DNA of 64,000 nucleotides from Polyangiaceae bacterium (GTDB lineage: Bacteria; Myxococcota_A; Polyangia; Polyangiales; Polyangiaceae). The position numbers and the translations under genes are program-made. The stretch lies in the NCBI GenBank assembly GCA_044376115.1, contig JBILLK010000030.1, forward strand, positions 1 to 64,000. Direction: 5' to 3'. The notes below the pieces were generated by a model, which was not told the DNA's origin, ran no database searches, and saw only the letters and a list, made by a program, of their open reading frames with translations. This document shows positions 1-9,844 of this stretch, piece by piece (the first letter of the stretch is position 1; every line of letters starts with the position of its first letter).

Positions 1-1
1 G

Positions 2-559
2 CTCGTCACCGACGAGCTCCTGAAGAAGGTCGGCGGCATCGCCGGCGTGCGCAACAAGCTCTCCTCTCGGGTGGTCCTGCACGAGGTCCGCGAGGGCTGG
101 CTGTTCCAGGCGGGGGAGCGGCCGCTCGTCGGTGGACCTGGTTACGAGGCCGACGACTTCGGCGCCTACGCCGAGGTCGCGCGCGCGCTCGCGCCGTGCC
201 GCGACCGGGTGATCGGCTGGGACGAAGAGACCCTGCGCTGGATGCAGCGCTTCGATGCACTACCCCCGTCGCGGCCCTCGGTGCAAGAGCTCGAGGTGCC
301 GCGTCCGCTCGGCGAAGAGGCGCTCCGCTCCGAGGCCGCCTTTGCCCAGGTCTGGCGCGACTTCGTCGCCCAGGGCGACGAGGCCGCGATCGCTCACGGC
401 ATCCACCCGACCTTCCTCGAGTCCGTCCACGCCGCGCTCGTCGCCGAGCTCGCCGACGATCCTGAGCGCCTCCGCAAATTCCAGGAAGCGCTCGCCCACG
501 CTGGGAAGGCCCCGCTCCCCAAGCCCAAGAAAAAGAAGGGTCCGAAGAAACCGCCGTGA
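2..559 (+). CDS. DUF3396 / TsiV-like type VI immunity family protein (5'-partial)
   Basis: Frame is open from base 2: LVTDELLKKVGGIAGVRNKL...LFQAGERP...AYAEVARALAP...RWMQRFD. This matches the recalled DUF3396 C-terminal pattern, followed by a ~100 aa extension. Lies next to DUF2169. Confidence 0.7.
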   Translation, partial: LVTDELLKKVGGIAGVRNKLSSRVVLHEVREGWLFQAGERPLVGGPGYEADDFGAYAEVARALAPCRDRVIGWDEETLRWMQRFDALPPSRPSVQELEVPRPLGEEALRSEAAFAQVWRDFVAQGDEAAIAHGIHPTFLESVHAALVAELADDPERLRKFQEALAHAGKAPLPKPKKKKGPKKPP

Positions 560-1722
560 GTGGACGGACGCCTGTCGCGCCTGGAGCGTTTCTTCCGCTC
601 CGTCTCGTCGAGGAGCACCTCACAGCGGTGGAGGGCTTGCTCGTCCAGGCGCGCGCGCGGTCCTTCGATCGTCGTCATGTGTCGGTCGACGCGCTTTGGA
701 ACAAGCTGAGGCGGCATGAGGCTGGCCTAAGGCTTCGAGCTGACGAGGCGATGCGGCTCGCGCGGCTCGGGCTCGTAGCGCGCCACGCCACCCAACGGCA
801 AGCGGCAGAATGGGTGCTTGCTCGCCTCGGGGGTGCGTCGGAGAAGGAGGCGCTGGCTCGCGCGCAGATCGCGGGCCTCGTCTCCCCGGCCTACCGTAGG
901 CGCTCGGCCGGCGTGGCAGCGCTCTGCGGCGAGCCGTTCGACGAAACGATGCTTGCCTCCGAGAGCCGCGACGTTGACCCGCAGCTCGCCTTCTGGGCGT
1001 TGATCGCGGGGAGCGAGCTGCCGTCCGTACTCGACCACGCGGTCCGCTGGCTGCGAGACGATGCGGCTCCTCCAGCGTTGCTGCGTGCCTCCGTGTTCGT
1101 CCTGGGGCTAGCACTCACACGTGGACCGGCCGACGTTGGACCGTCGGGGGCGCTCGAACTCTTGCTTGGAGCGCGCTGGCTTCGGGTTCCTGGGCTCGCG
1201 CCGGTCGTCGCGTTGTTCGGACATACGGTGACGACGTTGCGTCTTCTCGACGCTCTCGAGCGTGACAACGCTGGCTCGGTGGAGCGGGCGTCGTGGATCG
1301 CTGCGTTGGGAATCGTGGGCCTGCCGCGCTCGCTCTCGCCGCTCGAGCGCCTCGCCGCCGACGCGAATCGACCGCTCGAGCGCCGCGCGGCGCTCCACGC
1401 GCTCCACGCGATCACCGGTGACGCCCGCGGACTCGGGGAGGATGGCGAGCCAACGGAGGGCTCAGCGTTCGAGCGGGAGGGCAAAGCCGAACGCTCGGCG
1501 GAGTTGCAGTCATCCGAGGAGCGGCATTTCCTCGGTGGGCGATTGGCGGAGCGGCTGCCGGCAATTCTCTCACCCCTCGGCGCGAGTCCACCGGCGCTCG
1601 TGGTCCTCCGTGCCGCGCTCGGCGGGCTTCCGTCGAGCCTACCGGACCGCAGCTCGGCTTGGCCGCTCGCGCTCCTTGCAGACGGTGCTCAGCGATCCGG
1701 GCCGTGGGGGCTGCTTCCGTGA
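556..1722 (+). CDS. TIGR02270-like HEAT-repeat protein (T6SS accessory)
   Basis: N-terminal LVEEHL...L..H..GL pattern, Ala/Leu-rich helical repeats (ALGIVGLPRSLSPL, ALHAITG), GTGA overlaps at both ends, DUF2169 context. Confidence 0.6.
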   Translation: MSGRTPVAPGAFLPLRLVEEHLTAVEGLLVQARARSFDRRHVSVDALWNKLRRHEAGLRLRADEAMRLARLGLVARHATQRQAAEWVLARLGGASEKEALARAQIAGLVSPAYRRRSAGVAALCGEPFDETMLASESRDVDPQLAFWALIAGSELPSVLDHAVRWLRDDAAPPALLRASVFVLGLALTRGPADVGPSGALELLLGARWLRVPGLAPVVALFGHTVTTLRLLDALERDNAGSVERASWIAALGIVGLPRSLSPLERLAADANRPLERRAALHALHAITGDARGLGEDGEPTEGSAFEREGKAERSAELQSSEERHFLGGRLAERLPAILSPLGASPPALVVLRAALGGLPSSLPDRSSAWPLALLADGAQRSGPWGLLP

Positions 1723-2672
1723 CGGCGCTCATCAACATGACGGCTCACCCGTGCGAGCAGGTCGTTGCACGCGACCGAGGGCGCGCGGTGCGTCGGATCG
1801 CCTGTCGTGCGCGGTGGAAGCTCGACGGCACCGTACCGGTAGACGGACAAGCGCAGACGCTGACCTTGTGCGATCGGTTCTCGTCCCAGGGGCAGCTGCT
1901 CGAGGCCAGCGACCTTGGGCCCCGTCGGGCGGGGACCACGGTGCTTGTAACCGGCCGTATCGTTTCGTCGCACCCAGAGCGCACTGAAGGCGTCCAAGCC
2001 ACAGTTCGGGTGGCAGGAGCGTCCTTCGAAGCGCTCGCGTATCCGCCCCGAGTCTGGGTTGCAAACGGGACGGGCTTCGAAGCCCGCCCGACGGGATGGT
2101 TCGAGCCGGTCGCACCAAGCTTCACCGCGGCGTTCGGCGGCCCCGACCTCGACGCCAACCCCGTCGGCCTGGGCGCGCTCTCCGAGGGTCAGCGCCCGGA
2201 TGGCCAACGCCTGCCGCGCGTCGAGGCGCCCGAGGCGCCGCTGCTCAACCCGTTCGAGCGTCCTGCCCCTCGCGCGATTGGACTGATTGCGCCCGGCTGG
2301 TCGCCGCGGAGGCAGCTCGCCGGGACCTACGACGAGCGCTGGCTGCGCACCCGTGCTCCCGAACTCCCTGATGACGCGTCAGCGCGTTTCTTCGACCCCG
2401 GTAGCTTCGTCGTCGAGCCCAAGCTGCGCGGAGGCGAAGCCGTCAACGTGAGGAACTTCGAGGTTCCGGGGCTCCGCTCGTTCGTCGTCCCGCGGGTCCT
2501 CATCCGCTTTATCCTCGATCGACGCAGCACTCGCCCCGAGGTCGACGAGCTGCACATCGATCTCGAGCGCGGGACGCTCGAGCTCCTGCTCCGGGCCGAG
2601 CTACCTTGGAACGGAGTGGGCGCCGAGCCCGTCTTCGTGCGCGAGCTCGGCCTCGCGCGGAAGGCGTCATGA
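1719..2672 (+). CDS. DUF2169 family T6SS accessory/adaptor protein
   Basis: Motifs SDLGP, AFGG...NPVGLG, LPRVE, WSPRRQLAGTYDERW..RAPELPDD...FF, LRGGE. GTG start at 1719 overlaps the upstream stop (GTGA). Confidence 0.88.
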   Translation: MTALINMTAHPCEQVVARDRGRAVRRIACRARWKLDGTVPVDGQAQTLTLCDRFSSQGQLLEASDLGPRRAGTTVLVTGRIVSSHPERTEGVQATVRVAGASFEALAYPPRVWVANGTGFEARPTGWFEPVAPSFTAAFGGPDLDANPVGLGALSEGQRPDGQRLPRVEAPEAPLLNPFERPAPRAIGLIAPGWSPRRQLAGTYDERWLRTRAPELPDDASARFFDPGSFVVEPKLRGGEAVNVRNFEVPGLRSFVVPRVLIRFILDRRSTRPEVDELHIDLERGTLELLLRAELPWNGVGAEPVFVRELGLARKAS

Positions 2673-3772
2673 CCGCTCCGTTGGCGATTGTCGGCGCGTA
2701 CGCACGCAGCGCTGTCGGAGAGACGATGACGGAGACCATCGCGAGCCTCGCTGCCGGAGTACGCCGCGTGTGCGTGGTGGACAGTGAGCCCAGGGTTCTC
2801 GCCGCGCTGGCAATGCCTGCCAACACTTCCGCCTTCGAGCGGACGGCACAGCTCTGTGAAAGCGCGCTTGCGCCCGCCTCGCGCGAGGGTCGCGTCGGCC
2901 TACTGCTCGCCGTCGACATGCTCGCCCCCACGCTGTTCCACGAGCCCCGCTTGCCTAGCGCGGTGACGGACCGGATCGCGCAGCTCGTGCGCACCGACCG
3001 CGAGCGGCTCGCCGCGGCACAGGAGGTCGCCGCTCGAAGCGGCTTCGCTCGCTGGGCCGTAGCGCCAAGCGACTCCACGCTCGCGACGGCGCTCATCGCA
3101 CAAGCTCGCGCGTGGCTCGAGGAAGGTGTAGTCGATCGCTGCATCGTCGGCGGCGTCTCGACGAGCTGCACTCCCGAGGTACTCTCGTGGCGGAGCACGG
3201 GGCCGCTAGCTGCGCGGTTCGGAGCAGTTGCCGGAGAAGCCGCAGCATTCCTGGAGGTCGCTCGCGGCAACGCCCAAACGCGCCCTCTCGCGACGCTCCT
3301 CGGCGAGGCGTGCGGAATGAGTGCAGGCGATAAGCCGCTCGCGCTCGAAGAGGTCATCGAAGCAGCGTTAATGGCAGCGCCCAATCTCGAGCGTCGGCTC
3401 GCACGGGTTGTCCTCGACTCGAACGGCCTGGCCCGCGGCAAGGAGGCCTGGGCACTGGCGGCAACGCGGACGCTCGGCCGCAGGCAGATCAGCGTTCCCG
3501 TCATCGAGCCACTCCTCGGGCTCGGCGACGTCGGCGCAGCGACGCTGCCGTTGTGCGCGGCCTTCGCGATCGACGACTCTGTGAACGCTGCTGTTGAGCC
3601 CGACGGCGAACCGCGCAATCTCGTGCTGGTCGTACTGTGCCACTCGGCGAGCCCAGGGTGGGCCGCCCTGACCCTCCAGACCTGCACAGCGCCGCTCATC
3701 GCGCCCGCGGGCGCGGCTACCATCACGACAGGCGAAATTCATGACGCTCCAATTCGCATTTCCCGAACCTGA
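2669..3772 (+). CDS. PRK06147-like beta-ketoacyl-synthase/thiolase-fold protein (T6SS-associated, probably non-catalytic)
   Basis: AIVG...SAVG N-terminus, CIVGGV, GEAAAFL, DSNG, LGDVGAA. ATGA overlap with DUF2169, the usual partner gene. Confidence 0.75.
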   Translation: MTAPLAIVGAYARSAVGETMTETIASLAAGVRRVCVVDSEPRVLAALAMPANTSAFERTAQLCESALAPASREGRVGLLLAVDMLAPTLFHEPRLPSAVTDRIAQLVRTDRERLAAAQEVAARSGFARWAVAPSDSTLATALIAQARAWLEEGVVDRCIVGGVSTSCTPEVLSWRSTGPLAARFGAVAGEAAAFLEVARGNAQTRPLATLLGEACGMSAGDKPLALEEVIEAALMAAPNLERRLARVVLDSNGLARGKEAWALAATRTLGRRQISVPVIEPLLGLGDVGAATLPLCAAFAIDDSVNAAVEPDGEPRNLVLVVLCHSASPGWAALTLQTCTAPLIAPAGAATITTGEIHDAPIRISRT

Positions 3773-4739
3773 CTGGCCGACCGACGACGAATCGCTGCGC
3801 CTCTATCTGCCCAACCTCATCAGCGGCCCGGGGCCAATCGATGAGGCCCCCGCGACGGAGGTACAAGCGACGGCTGGGAGCTTCGCTCGAACGCTTCGGA
3901 TCGACCTCGAACCTGGCGAGTTCGACCCGGGTGAGCTCGACCCCGACCCACCGCATCACGACGCTTCGAAGGCCGACCTCACCCCCGTACCGGGCGTGGT
4001 GGCGAGCCTCCCGCTCTTTGACGAGAGAGCGGCCAGTCAGCGTACGCACGCCCCGGAGTGGGTGCTCAGCGCCGCGCTTCGACTGCTGCGCCCAGGCTTC
4101 TTCGGCCTCACCGAGGTTCCCACCCAGCAGAGGACGGCGCTTCGTGTGGTTGCAACCGAGCCGAGGCGACCACGGCATCTCCGAGGTCGGACCTCGCTCG
4201 AACTCGACCTGCCCCCCGCCCGCGAAGATCTCGTCGTTGCGCTCGCGCGCGTGCTTCGCGCCACCGGCGCTGGCGCGGGCATCGCGCAAGTCACGGTCGA
4301 CGAGCTCCGCGCCTTGACAGCCAACACGAAGCGCCGGGAGAGCCTGTCCCTCGACGAGCAGCTCCCGCTCGTCCCGCTCCCGTTCGAATGGTCCGTCGAC
4401 CACGAGGAGCGTGAAACCTTCACTGTCGAAATCGACTTCCAGCGCAACCTCGACGACGAGGCCCGGGCGACGCTCACCGACCGCTCGCGCGCGTTCGTCG
4501 CGATGCTCCAGCTCGGCCTCTTGCCGGGTCCTTCAGCAATCGAGACCCCGATGGGCACCCTCTCTGCGGGGACCCACGGCTACGCGGCCCTTACCGAGGC
4601 CACCGACTCCCTCCCCGACCAGTGGACCCTCGCGCTCGAAGACTTCGCCGCCGACCTCTCGTGCATCCACCCCTTCCTCGAGTCGCTCGCGCTTTTGCAC
4701 CAGCGCTGGGCGATCGCCGAGGTCACGCTCGTGTGCTGA
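3741..4739 (+). CDS. hypothetical protein (toxin-locus associated)
   Basis: 332-aa ORF with high-GC codon bias, overlapping the upstream gene by 32 bp. No recognised motif. Confidence 0.65.
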   Translation: MTLQFAFPEPDWPTDDESLRLYLPNLISGPGPIDEAPATEVQATAGSFARTLRIDLEPGEFDPGELDPDPPHHDASKADLTPVPGVVASLPLFDERAASQRTHAPEWVLSAALRLLRPGFFGLTEVPTQQRTALRVVATEPRRPRHLRGRTSLELDLPPAREDLVVALARVLRATGAGAGIAQVTVDELRALTANTKRRESLSLDEQLPLVPLPFEWSVDHEERETFTVEIDFQRNLDDEARATLTDRSRAFVAMLQLGLLPGPSAIETPMGTLSAGTHGYAALTEATDSLPDQWTLALEDFAADLSCIHPFLESLALLHQRWAIAEVTLVC

Positions 4740-4799
4740 TCCCGGGAAAGTGTCGCGATGATCGCTCGCGTTCGCCGGGTCACCCACAAGGAAATGTCA

Positions 4800-5441
4800 A
4801 TGGAGTGTTCCACCCCACCCCAACGCCCGCTGCGGCGCGATTCCTTCGTTGCGAACGCCCTTTGGGCGGGTATCAGCTTCGCATGTGAGGGTCGGCTGAG
4901 TGGCGACCTGGACTTTCGAGGTAACCACGAGAGCGGACAGGTGAGCTGCAACGATGGCCAGGGAGACAGCTTCAAAGTCCTCTGGGATGAACACGGCGTC
5001 CAGCTCGTCGTCTACGAGCTGGGTGAGCTGCCCGTCCAGATGACACCATCGCCGCCTCCGGCCCTGCGAGGGCTAACCGAGGCAGTTGCTGGGGGGCGCG
5101 CCGCCACCCGGGGACTCTGGATCTGCGGTGACAGCTCAAGCCCGCGCCTCCCGCTATCGTCCGGGATGAGCCTATTCAAACTCGTCGACGCCTTCTGCGG
5201 GCCACCCCTGATCGCAGACGATGAAGCCCACCGTCTCGAGCGAGATTTGTTCGGCGCAATTGGCTCGGGGCCGGTGGAGTTGCCGAGTGGGCTGATTCGC
5301 AGGTTGCTCGACAGCCCGCACTTGCGTCGCTCGGTAGATCACCACGAGAGCCTCGACGCCGCGCGCGCCGTCGCAGAGGACTTGAGCCGGTTCGGCCTCA
5401 TTTGGCCGAACGTCGAGCGCGATGTGACGGAGCGCGGGTGA
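4800..5441 (+). CDS. hypothetical protein (possible immunity protein)
   Basis: ORF is open from 4758. AAGGAA precedes ATG 4800. Last gene of the co-oriented toxin-accessory run. Confidence 0.55.
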   Translation: MECSTPPQRPLRRDSFVANALWAGISFACEGRLSGDLDFRGNHESGQVSCNDGQGDSFKVLWDEHGVQLVVYELGELPVQMTPSPPPALRGLTEAVAGGRAATRGLWICGDSSSPRLPLSSGMSLFKLVDAFCGPPLIADDEAHRLERDLFGAIGSGPVELPSGLIRRLLDSPHLRRSVDHHESLDAARAVAEDLSRFGLIWPNVERDVTERG

Positions 5442-5468
5442 ACGACGCTCTCAGCACGTTGGCACTCC

Positions 5469-6050
5469 TCACGAGTCGACAAGCCACCAGCGGCTCATGG
5501 CGAGCGGCGTCTGCTCGAACGGCGGGCAAGAGACAACCGCGTCGTCGAACCAGCTACCCAGCAGCACCCAGCGGCCGTCAGGTCCGAGCGCAAATGCCTC
5601 GAGCTGCCGTGTTTGTGGGTCGACCAGCCAAAGGTGCTTCACCGCCTGCTGCGCGTATAGGTCGCGCTTGGGGCCGAGGTCTTTTCGTCGCGTCGAATCG
5701 CTCAAGATCTCGCACACCCAGTCGGGCACCATGCGGATCGGGTTGTCGTTGCGATGGCCGGCGATGCGGTGATTGAGCCAGCCCGCCACATCGGGAACGA
5801 CTTTCTCGTCGCTCTCGAAGCGCACCTCGACCTCGAGCTTGAAGTACCAGCCTTCAGGGGGTGGGCCTCCTCCGCGCCGGCCTTCCTTCAAATCGATGAT
5901 CAGCCCTTCCTCGACGCTCGCGTGGGCCGGAGGAGGTCGCCCCATGACGTAAAGCACCCCGGCGATCACTTCACCCACGGACGGTGGTGCGAGCGCGTCC
6001 GCTTGCTCGCAGAGCTCGGCGTTGGTGAGGAGGGGAACGGCGGTCGTCAC
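5469..6050 (-). CDS. Uma2 family (DUF820) PD-(D/E)xK endonuclease-fold protein
   Basis: EVIAGVL, VPDVAGW, PDWVCEILS.ST...D...K..LYA, LWLVDP motifs. Probable GTG start at 6050. Confidence 0.9.
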   Translation of the reverse strand: MTTAVPLLTNAELCEQADALAPPSVGEVIAGVLYVMGRPPPAHASVEEGLIIDLKEGRRGGGPPPEGWYFKLEVEVRFESDEKVVPDVAGWLNHRIAGHRNDNPIRMVPDWVCEILSDSTRRKDLGPKRDLYAQQAVKHLWLVDPQTRQLEAFALGPDGRWVLLGSWFDDAVVSCPPFEQTPLAMSRWWLVDS

Positions 6051-6114
6051 CAGGCAACGATGCAACAGCCGTGCGCCGAGCGCCACGGGTAGCAGCTGAC
6101 ATCGCGCTTTGCCT

Positions 6115-6747
6115 TCAGCGCAGGAAGTGGACGATAGCCTTGTAGGCGAACCACAGGCCAAGCCCCAGAATCAATATGCCAATCACGCGAATCACGCGGT
6201 TGAGGCTCGAAGGCTGAAAGCGCCCGCGAAAGCGCTTGAGCAGCCCGGTGAGGATGGAGAACCAGGAGGAGATGCCGGCCGCCACGCCGATTGCAAACGG
6301 CAACGCCGCCTCTTTGGAGAGCACCACGCCTGCGGAGTTGAGCGTCGTCGCCGAGGCCGTCCAGGTGGCCATCAGCGCCGGGTTGAGGATGGTGATCCAA
6401 AAGCCGAGCGCGGCGCTGGGTAACGCTGCGTCACTGCCCTGGGTTTGTTGCGCCTCTTTGGCCCCGGAGTAACGCGCGAAGGTAACGCCCAGCGCCAGCA
6501 GGATGATGGCCGCTACGACGTGACTCACGCCCTCGATGAAGGGGTAGCCAGCGAGGAAGGTGGCAAAGCCCCAATAGGCCAGGAAGGCGTAAACGCCCTC
6601 CGCGACAGCGCAGCCGAGGCCGATCATGACGCCGCTCAGAAAGCGACCCAAAAGCCCGCGTGAAAGCACGAGCGCGGAGGCCGGGCCGGCCACGGGCATC
6701 GACCCGAAGAAGCCGAAGGTAAACCCGAGCAGCACCGCCAGCAGCAT
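6115..6747 (-). CDS. LysE family translocator
   Basis: GFFGSMPVAGP, G.A.AEG.YA, GFWITILNP motifs; about six hydrophobic segments. Confidence 0.88.
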   Translation of the reverse strand: MLLAVLLGFTFGFFGSMPVAGPASALVLSRGLLGRFLSGVMIGLGCAVAEGVYAFLAYWGFATFLAGYPFIEGVSHVVAAIILLALGVTFARYSGAKEAQQTQGSDAALPSAALGFWITILNPALMATWTASATTLNSAGVVLSKEAALPFAIGVAAGISSWFSILTGLLKRFRGRFQPSSLNRVIRVIGILILGLGLWFAYKAIVHFLR

Positions 6748-6798
6748 GGCGCGCGCTATACCATCGCGGCGTTTTCATGGGGGTGCTAAGCGGAGCCG

Positions 6799-7668
6799 AT
6801 GCAAGATCTCGTAGAAAAGGCCAACGTACTCGGAGAGGCGCTGCCCTACATTCGCCGCTTCTCCGGCGCGACCTTCGTGATCAAATACGGTGGCCACGCG
6901 ATGGTGGACCCGGAGCTCTCACGCACCTTCGCCAAAGACGTCGCGTTGCTCAAGTTCGTCGGCATCAACCCGGTGGTGGTTCATGGCGGTGGCCCTCAGA
7001 TCGATCAGGCGTTGGCTGCGCTCGGCGTGGTCTCCGAGCGGATTGACGGTCTGCGCGTAACGGATACGCGCACGATGGAGGTGGTCGAGATGGTGCTGGC
7101 CGGCCAGGTCAACGGCCACATCATTTCGCTGATCACCGAGTCCGGCGGTCGAGCGGTGGGGCTCTCCGGCCGAGATGACCGCTTTCTTCTCGCTAAACGC
7201 GTTACGTCGCTAGCGACCAAGTCCGGCAAAATGGTGGACCCGGGTCGCGTCGGGGAGATGGAGAGCGTCAACACCCAGCTCCTCTCGCAGCTCGTCACAG
7301 GCGGCTTCATCCCGGTGATCGCGCCGGTGGCGGTGGATGCTGACGGCGAGCCGCTCAACATCAACGCCGACTTCGTCGCGGCCGCGGTCGCGCGCGCTTT
7401 GCGCGCCGAGAAGCTGGTGCTGATGACCGATATCGACGGCGTGCGTGGGGAAGACGGCGCGCTGGCCGCCTCGCTGGATCGGCCGACGATCGAAGCCTGG
7501 ATGCAACGCGGGGTGATCCGCGGTGGCATGATTCCGAAGGTCAATTGTGCGCTCGACGCCATCTCCGGCGGCGTCGGCAAGGTGCACATCATCGACGGCC
7601 GTACGGCGCATGCGATGCTGCTCGAGATCTTCACCGACCGCGGTATCGGCACCGAGATCGTTGCGTAG
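6799..7668 (+). CDS. argB: acetylglutamate kinase
   Basis: EALPYI, VIKYGGHAM, VVHGGGPQI, GLRVTD, NINAD, GGMIPKV, LLEIFTD.GIGT. Confidence 0.97.
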   Translation: MQDLVEKANVLGEALPYIRRFSGATFVIKYGGHAMVDPELSRTFAKDVALLKFVGINPVVVHGGGPQIDQALAALGVVSERIDGLRVTDTRTMEVVEMVLAGQVNGHIISLITESGGRAVGLSGRDDRFLLAKRVTSLATKSGKMVDPGRVGEMESVNTQLLSQLVTGGFIPVIAPVAVDADGEPLNINADFVAAAVARALRAEKLVLMTDIDGVRGEDGALAASLDRPTIEAWMQRGVIRGGMIPKVNCALDAISGGVGKVHIIDGRTAHAMLLEIFTDRGIGTEIVA

Positions 7669-7710
7669 GGAAGAGGGCTCTCGTCTTCGGCGTTGCAGCA
7701 CGAGGCAGGA

Positions 7711-8763
7711 ATGAAAACCATGCGGCTTGGTGTGGGCTTGATCGGCTCTTGGTTCCTGCTCACCGCCGCTTGCGGCAGTAAGGTGGACAGCGGCGGCGGC
7801 CAGGAGAGCAGCCGCCCAGCGGCCGCGAGCTCCCCAGCCTCGCCTAGCGCGCCGCTGTCGGTTGCTCCACCGCTTCCGCTTCCCGTGGTCAGCGTCTCGG
7901 CGAGCGCTAGCTCCTTCACGTCCGCAGCGCTCGGCTCGGCGAGCAGCTTTGCGAGCGGTTCGGCCGCTGCGGTTGCGGAGGCTCCACCACCTTGTCCGAG
8001 TGACATGGTCCTGGTCGGCCGCGTGTGCGTGGACCCGTATGAAGGCTTTTTGCAGCGGCAACAGGCAGACGGCACCCTCGTCGACCACCCGTATTACGAG
8101 CGCCCGGAGAAGGGCGTGCGCTACGTGGCCGCCAATCGCAAAGGCGCCTTCCCGCAGGGCTACATCAGCCGCGTTGAGTCCCAAGGCGCCTGCGAAGCCG
8201 CAGGCAAGCGGCTGTGCACGCGCGGCGAGTGGATCCGCGCGTGCCGCGGCAAAGGCTTCTCGCTCTACCCGTACGGCCACAAGGGCGTACGCAGTAAGTG
8301 CAATACCGGCAAGCTGCACCTGCTTACACTGTTATTTAAAAAGCCCAATGGCGGTATGAAGTACGAAGAGCACTTCAACAGCCCGGAGCTCAACAAGACG
8401 CCGGACTACCTAGCGCCGGGCGGCAGCTATAGTGAATGCGTCAATGAGCAAGGTGTTTATGACGCTGTCGGTAACCTGCATGAGTGGGTCAGCGGCACGG
8501 TGGACCAGGACCTGATGGATACGCTCGATAAGGAGGACGTGGAGCGGCGTAAGCAGCCTTGGCGTGAAGGCAACGGCATCTTCATGGGCGGCTTCTTCAG
8601 CACCACGAGCGAGCACGGGCCGGGGTGCTCCTTCATCACCGTGGCCCACGAGCCCAGCTATCACGACTACTCCACCGGCTTCCGCTGCTGCAAAAACGCC
8701 GATCTGCCCAAGCCGGAGAAGAAGCCGGCCACGAAGCCGGCCAAGCCCAAGCCCGCTAAATAG
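7711..8763 (+). CDS. SUMF1/FGE-sulfatase-domain lipoprotein
   Basis: Lipobox LTAAC, Ser/Ala/Pro linker, CPSDMV, GKRLC...EW..AC, GVYD.VGNLHEWV, GFRCC. Confidence 0.85.
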   Translation: MKTMRLGVGLIGSWFLLTAACGSKVDSGGGQESSRPAAASSPASPSAPLSVAPPLPLPVVSVSASASSFTSAALGSASSFASGSAAAVAEAPPPCPSDMVLVGRVCVDPYEGFLQRQQADGTLVDHPYYERPEKGVRYVAANRKGAFPQGYISRVESQGACEAAGKRLCTRGEWIRACRGKGFSLYPYGHKGVRSKCNTGKLHLLTLLFKKPNGGMKYEEHFNSPELNKTPDYLAPGGSYSECVNEQGVYDAVGNLHEWVSGTVDQDLMDTLDKEDVERRKQPWREGNGIFMGGFFSTTSEHGPGCSFITVAHEPSYHDYSTGFRCCKNADLPKPEKKPATKPAKPKPAK

Positions 8764-8772
8764 TTATCCCGG

Positions 8773-9531
8773 CTACTTATTGCAGTAGCAGTTGCCGTCT
8801 CCGCCGTTGTCGCGGTCGGAGCAGGTGTAGCCGGCCTGGCAGCCGGTGCGTTCGCACGGGCCCCAATAAGACTTACCGAGCGAGCAGCTGCTCTTCTTGG
8901 GCGCCTCCCGCGGGAAACAATTGCCCTGTTGGCCACAATAGTAGCCGGCGCGGCATTCGCCGTCGGAGCTGCAGAAGCCGGTGCTCGGTACGTAGGGGCC
9001 GGCGGGCGCAGCGGCCGCTTTGACGACCTTGATCCGCTGCCGCGCCAGCACGCGGCCCTGTTTGTACTTGGGGTAGAGGTCGTGCAGGCGGACCTCAAAG
9101 TCGCCGGCGTCTTCAGCGGTTAGATTGAAGCTCGCGGCGTTTTGCGGCAGGTACTTCCACTTGGCGAACTCGCTCTCGGCGGCCTCCGGCTTGACCAGCG
9201 TAATCCAATATTGCTCGCCGGCCGGCGCGACCAAGTTGTTATTGAACGTGACGAGGATCGAGTCGCCCTGCGTGTATTCGGTTTTGTCGATCTTGAAGCT
9301 CGGGGCGGCGGGCGGTGGCGGCGGTTCGATCGGCACCGGCACTGGGGTGGGAGCTGCCGACGGGGGAGCGACCGCAACCGAGCTCGTCGCGCTGGCCGAC
9401 GCTGCTGGCCGTCTGCGGCGCGGTTCCTCCTCCTCGTCATCGTCGTCTTTGTTCCCGCTCTTGGCTTTGTCCGAGCCACAGCCGAGCAAGGAGGTCGCGA
9501 GCAGTAGGAGCGCGAGGTGCTTAGGGAGCAT
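8773..9531 (-). CDS. lipoprotein with Ig-like domain and Cys-rich C-terminal modules
   Basis: Lipobox LLGC, acidic/Pro linker, beta-rich domain (KTEY..GD.I.VTF...GDFEVRL), C-terminal CSSDGECRAGYYC...C and a second six-Cys module. Confidence 0.75.
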   Translation of the reverse strand: MLPKHLALLLLATSLLGCGSDKAKSGNKDDDDEEEEPRRRRPAASASATSSVAVAPPSAAPTPVPVPIEPPPPPAAPSFKIDKTEYTQGDSILVTFNNNLVAPAGEQYWITLVKPEAAESEFAKWKYLPQNAASFNLTAEDAGDFEVRLHDLYPKYKQGRVLARQRIKVVKAAAAPAGPYVPSTGFCSSDGECRAGYYCGQQGNCFPREAPKKSSCSLGKSYWGPCERTGCQAGYTCSDRDNGGDGNCYCNK

Positions 9532-9602
9532 TCGCTAGCAAGGTATCACGCGCGCTGAATCCACCAATATCAAGGCGCTACCAACGCGGTCGCGCGCCCT
9601 GA

Positions 9603-9785
9603 TCAATAGTGCGGCGGCTTCTCGTTGGGCTTCTCCTCCTCATGTTGGCTCGCCTCCAGCTCGCGCACGCGCTTCTCTAGGTTTTGCAGCGCGCGTTGCT
9701 GCTCGAACAGCACGTCGGAAAGCTGGTCCAGCAGCCTGGACTGATGGGCATAGCGAATCTCGAGATCGGTGAGGCGTTCCTGCAT
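9603..9785 (-). CDS. slyX: SlyX family protein
   Basis: ERLTDLEIRYAHQ..LLDQL..V..EQQ coiled coil, ending in EKPPHY. Confidence 0.92.
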   Translation of the reverse strand: MQERLTDLEIRYAHQSRLLDQLSDVLFEQQRALQNLEKRVRELEASQHEEEKPNEKPPHY

Positions 9786-9844
9786 GGCCTTCCCTCCATA
9801 GCCTAACTCTCGCGTTCGGCGGTGAAGTCAGGCACCGTGACGCC

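Noticed and set aside
2669..3772. fatty-acid/polyketide biosynthetic cluster suggested by the ketosynthase-like gene
   Set aside because: No ACP, AT or other PKS genes are nearby and no clear catalytic motif is present. The DUF2169 context indicates the T6SS-associated PRK06147-like family.
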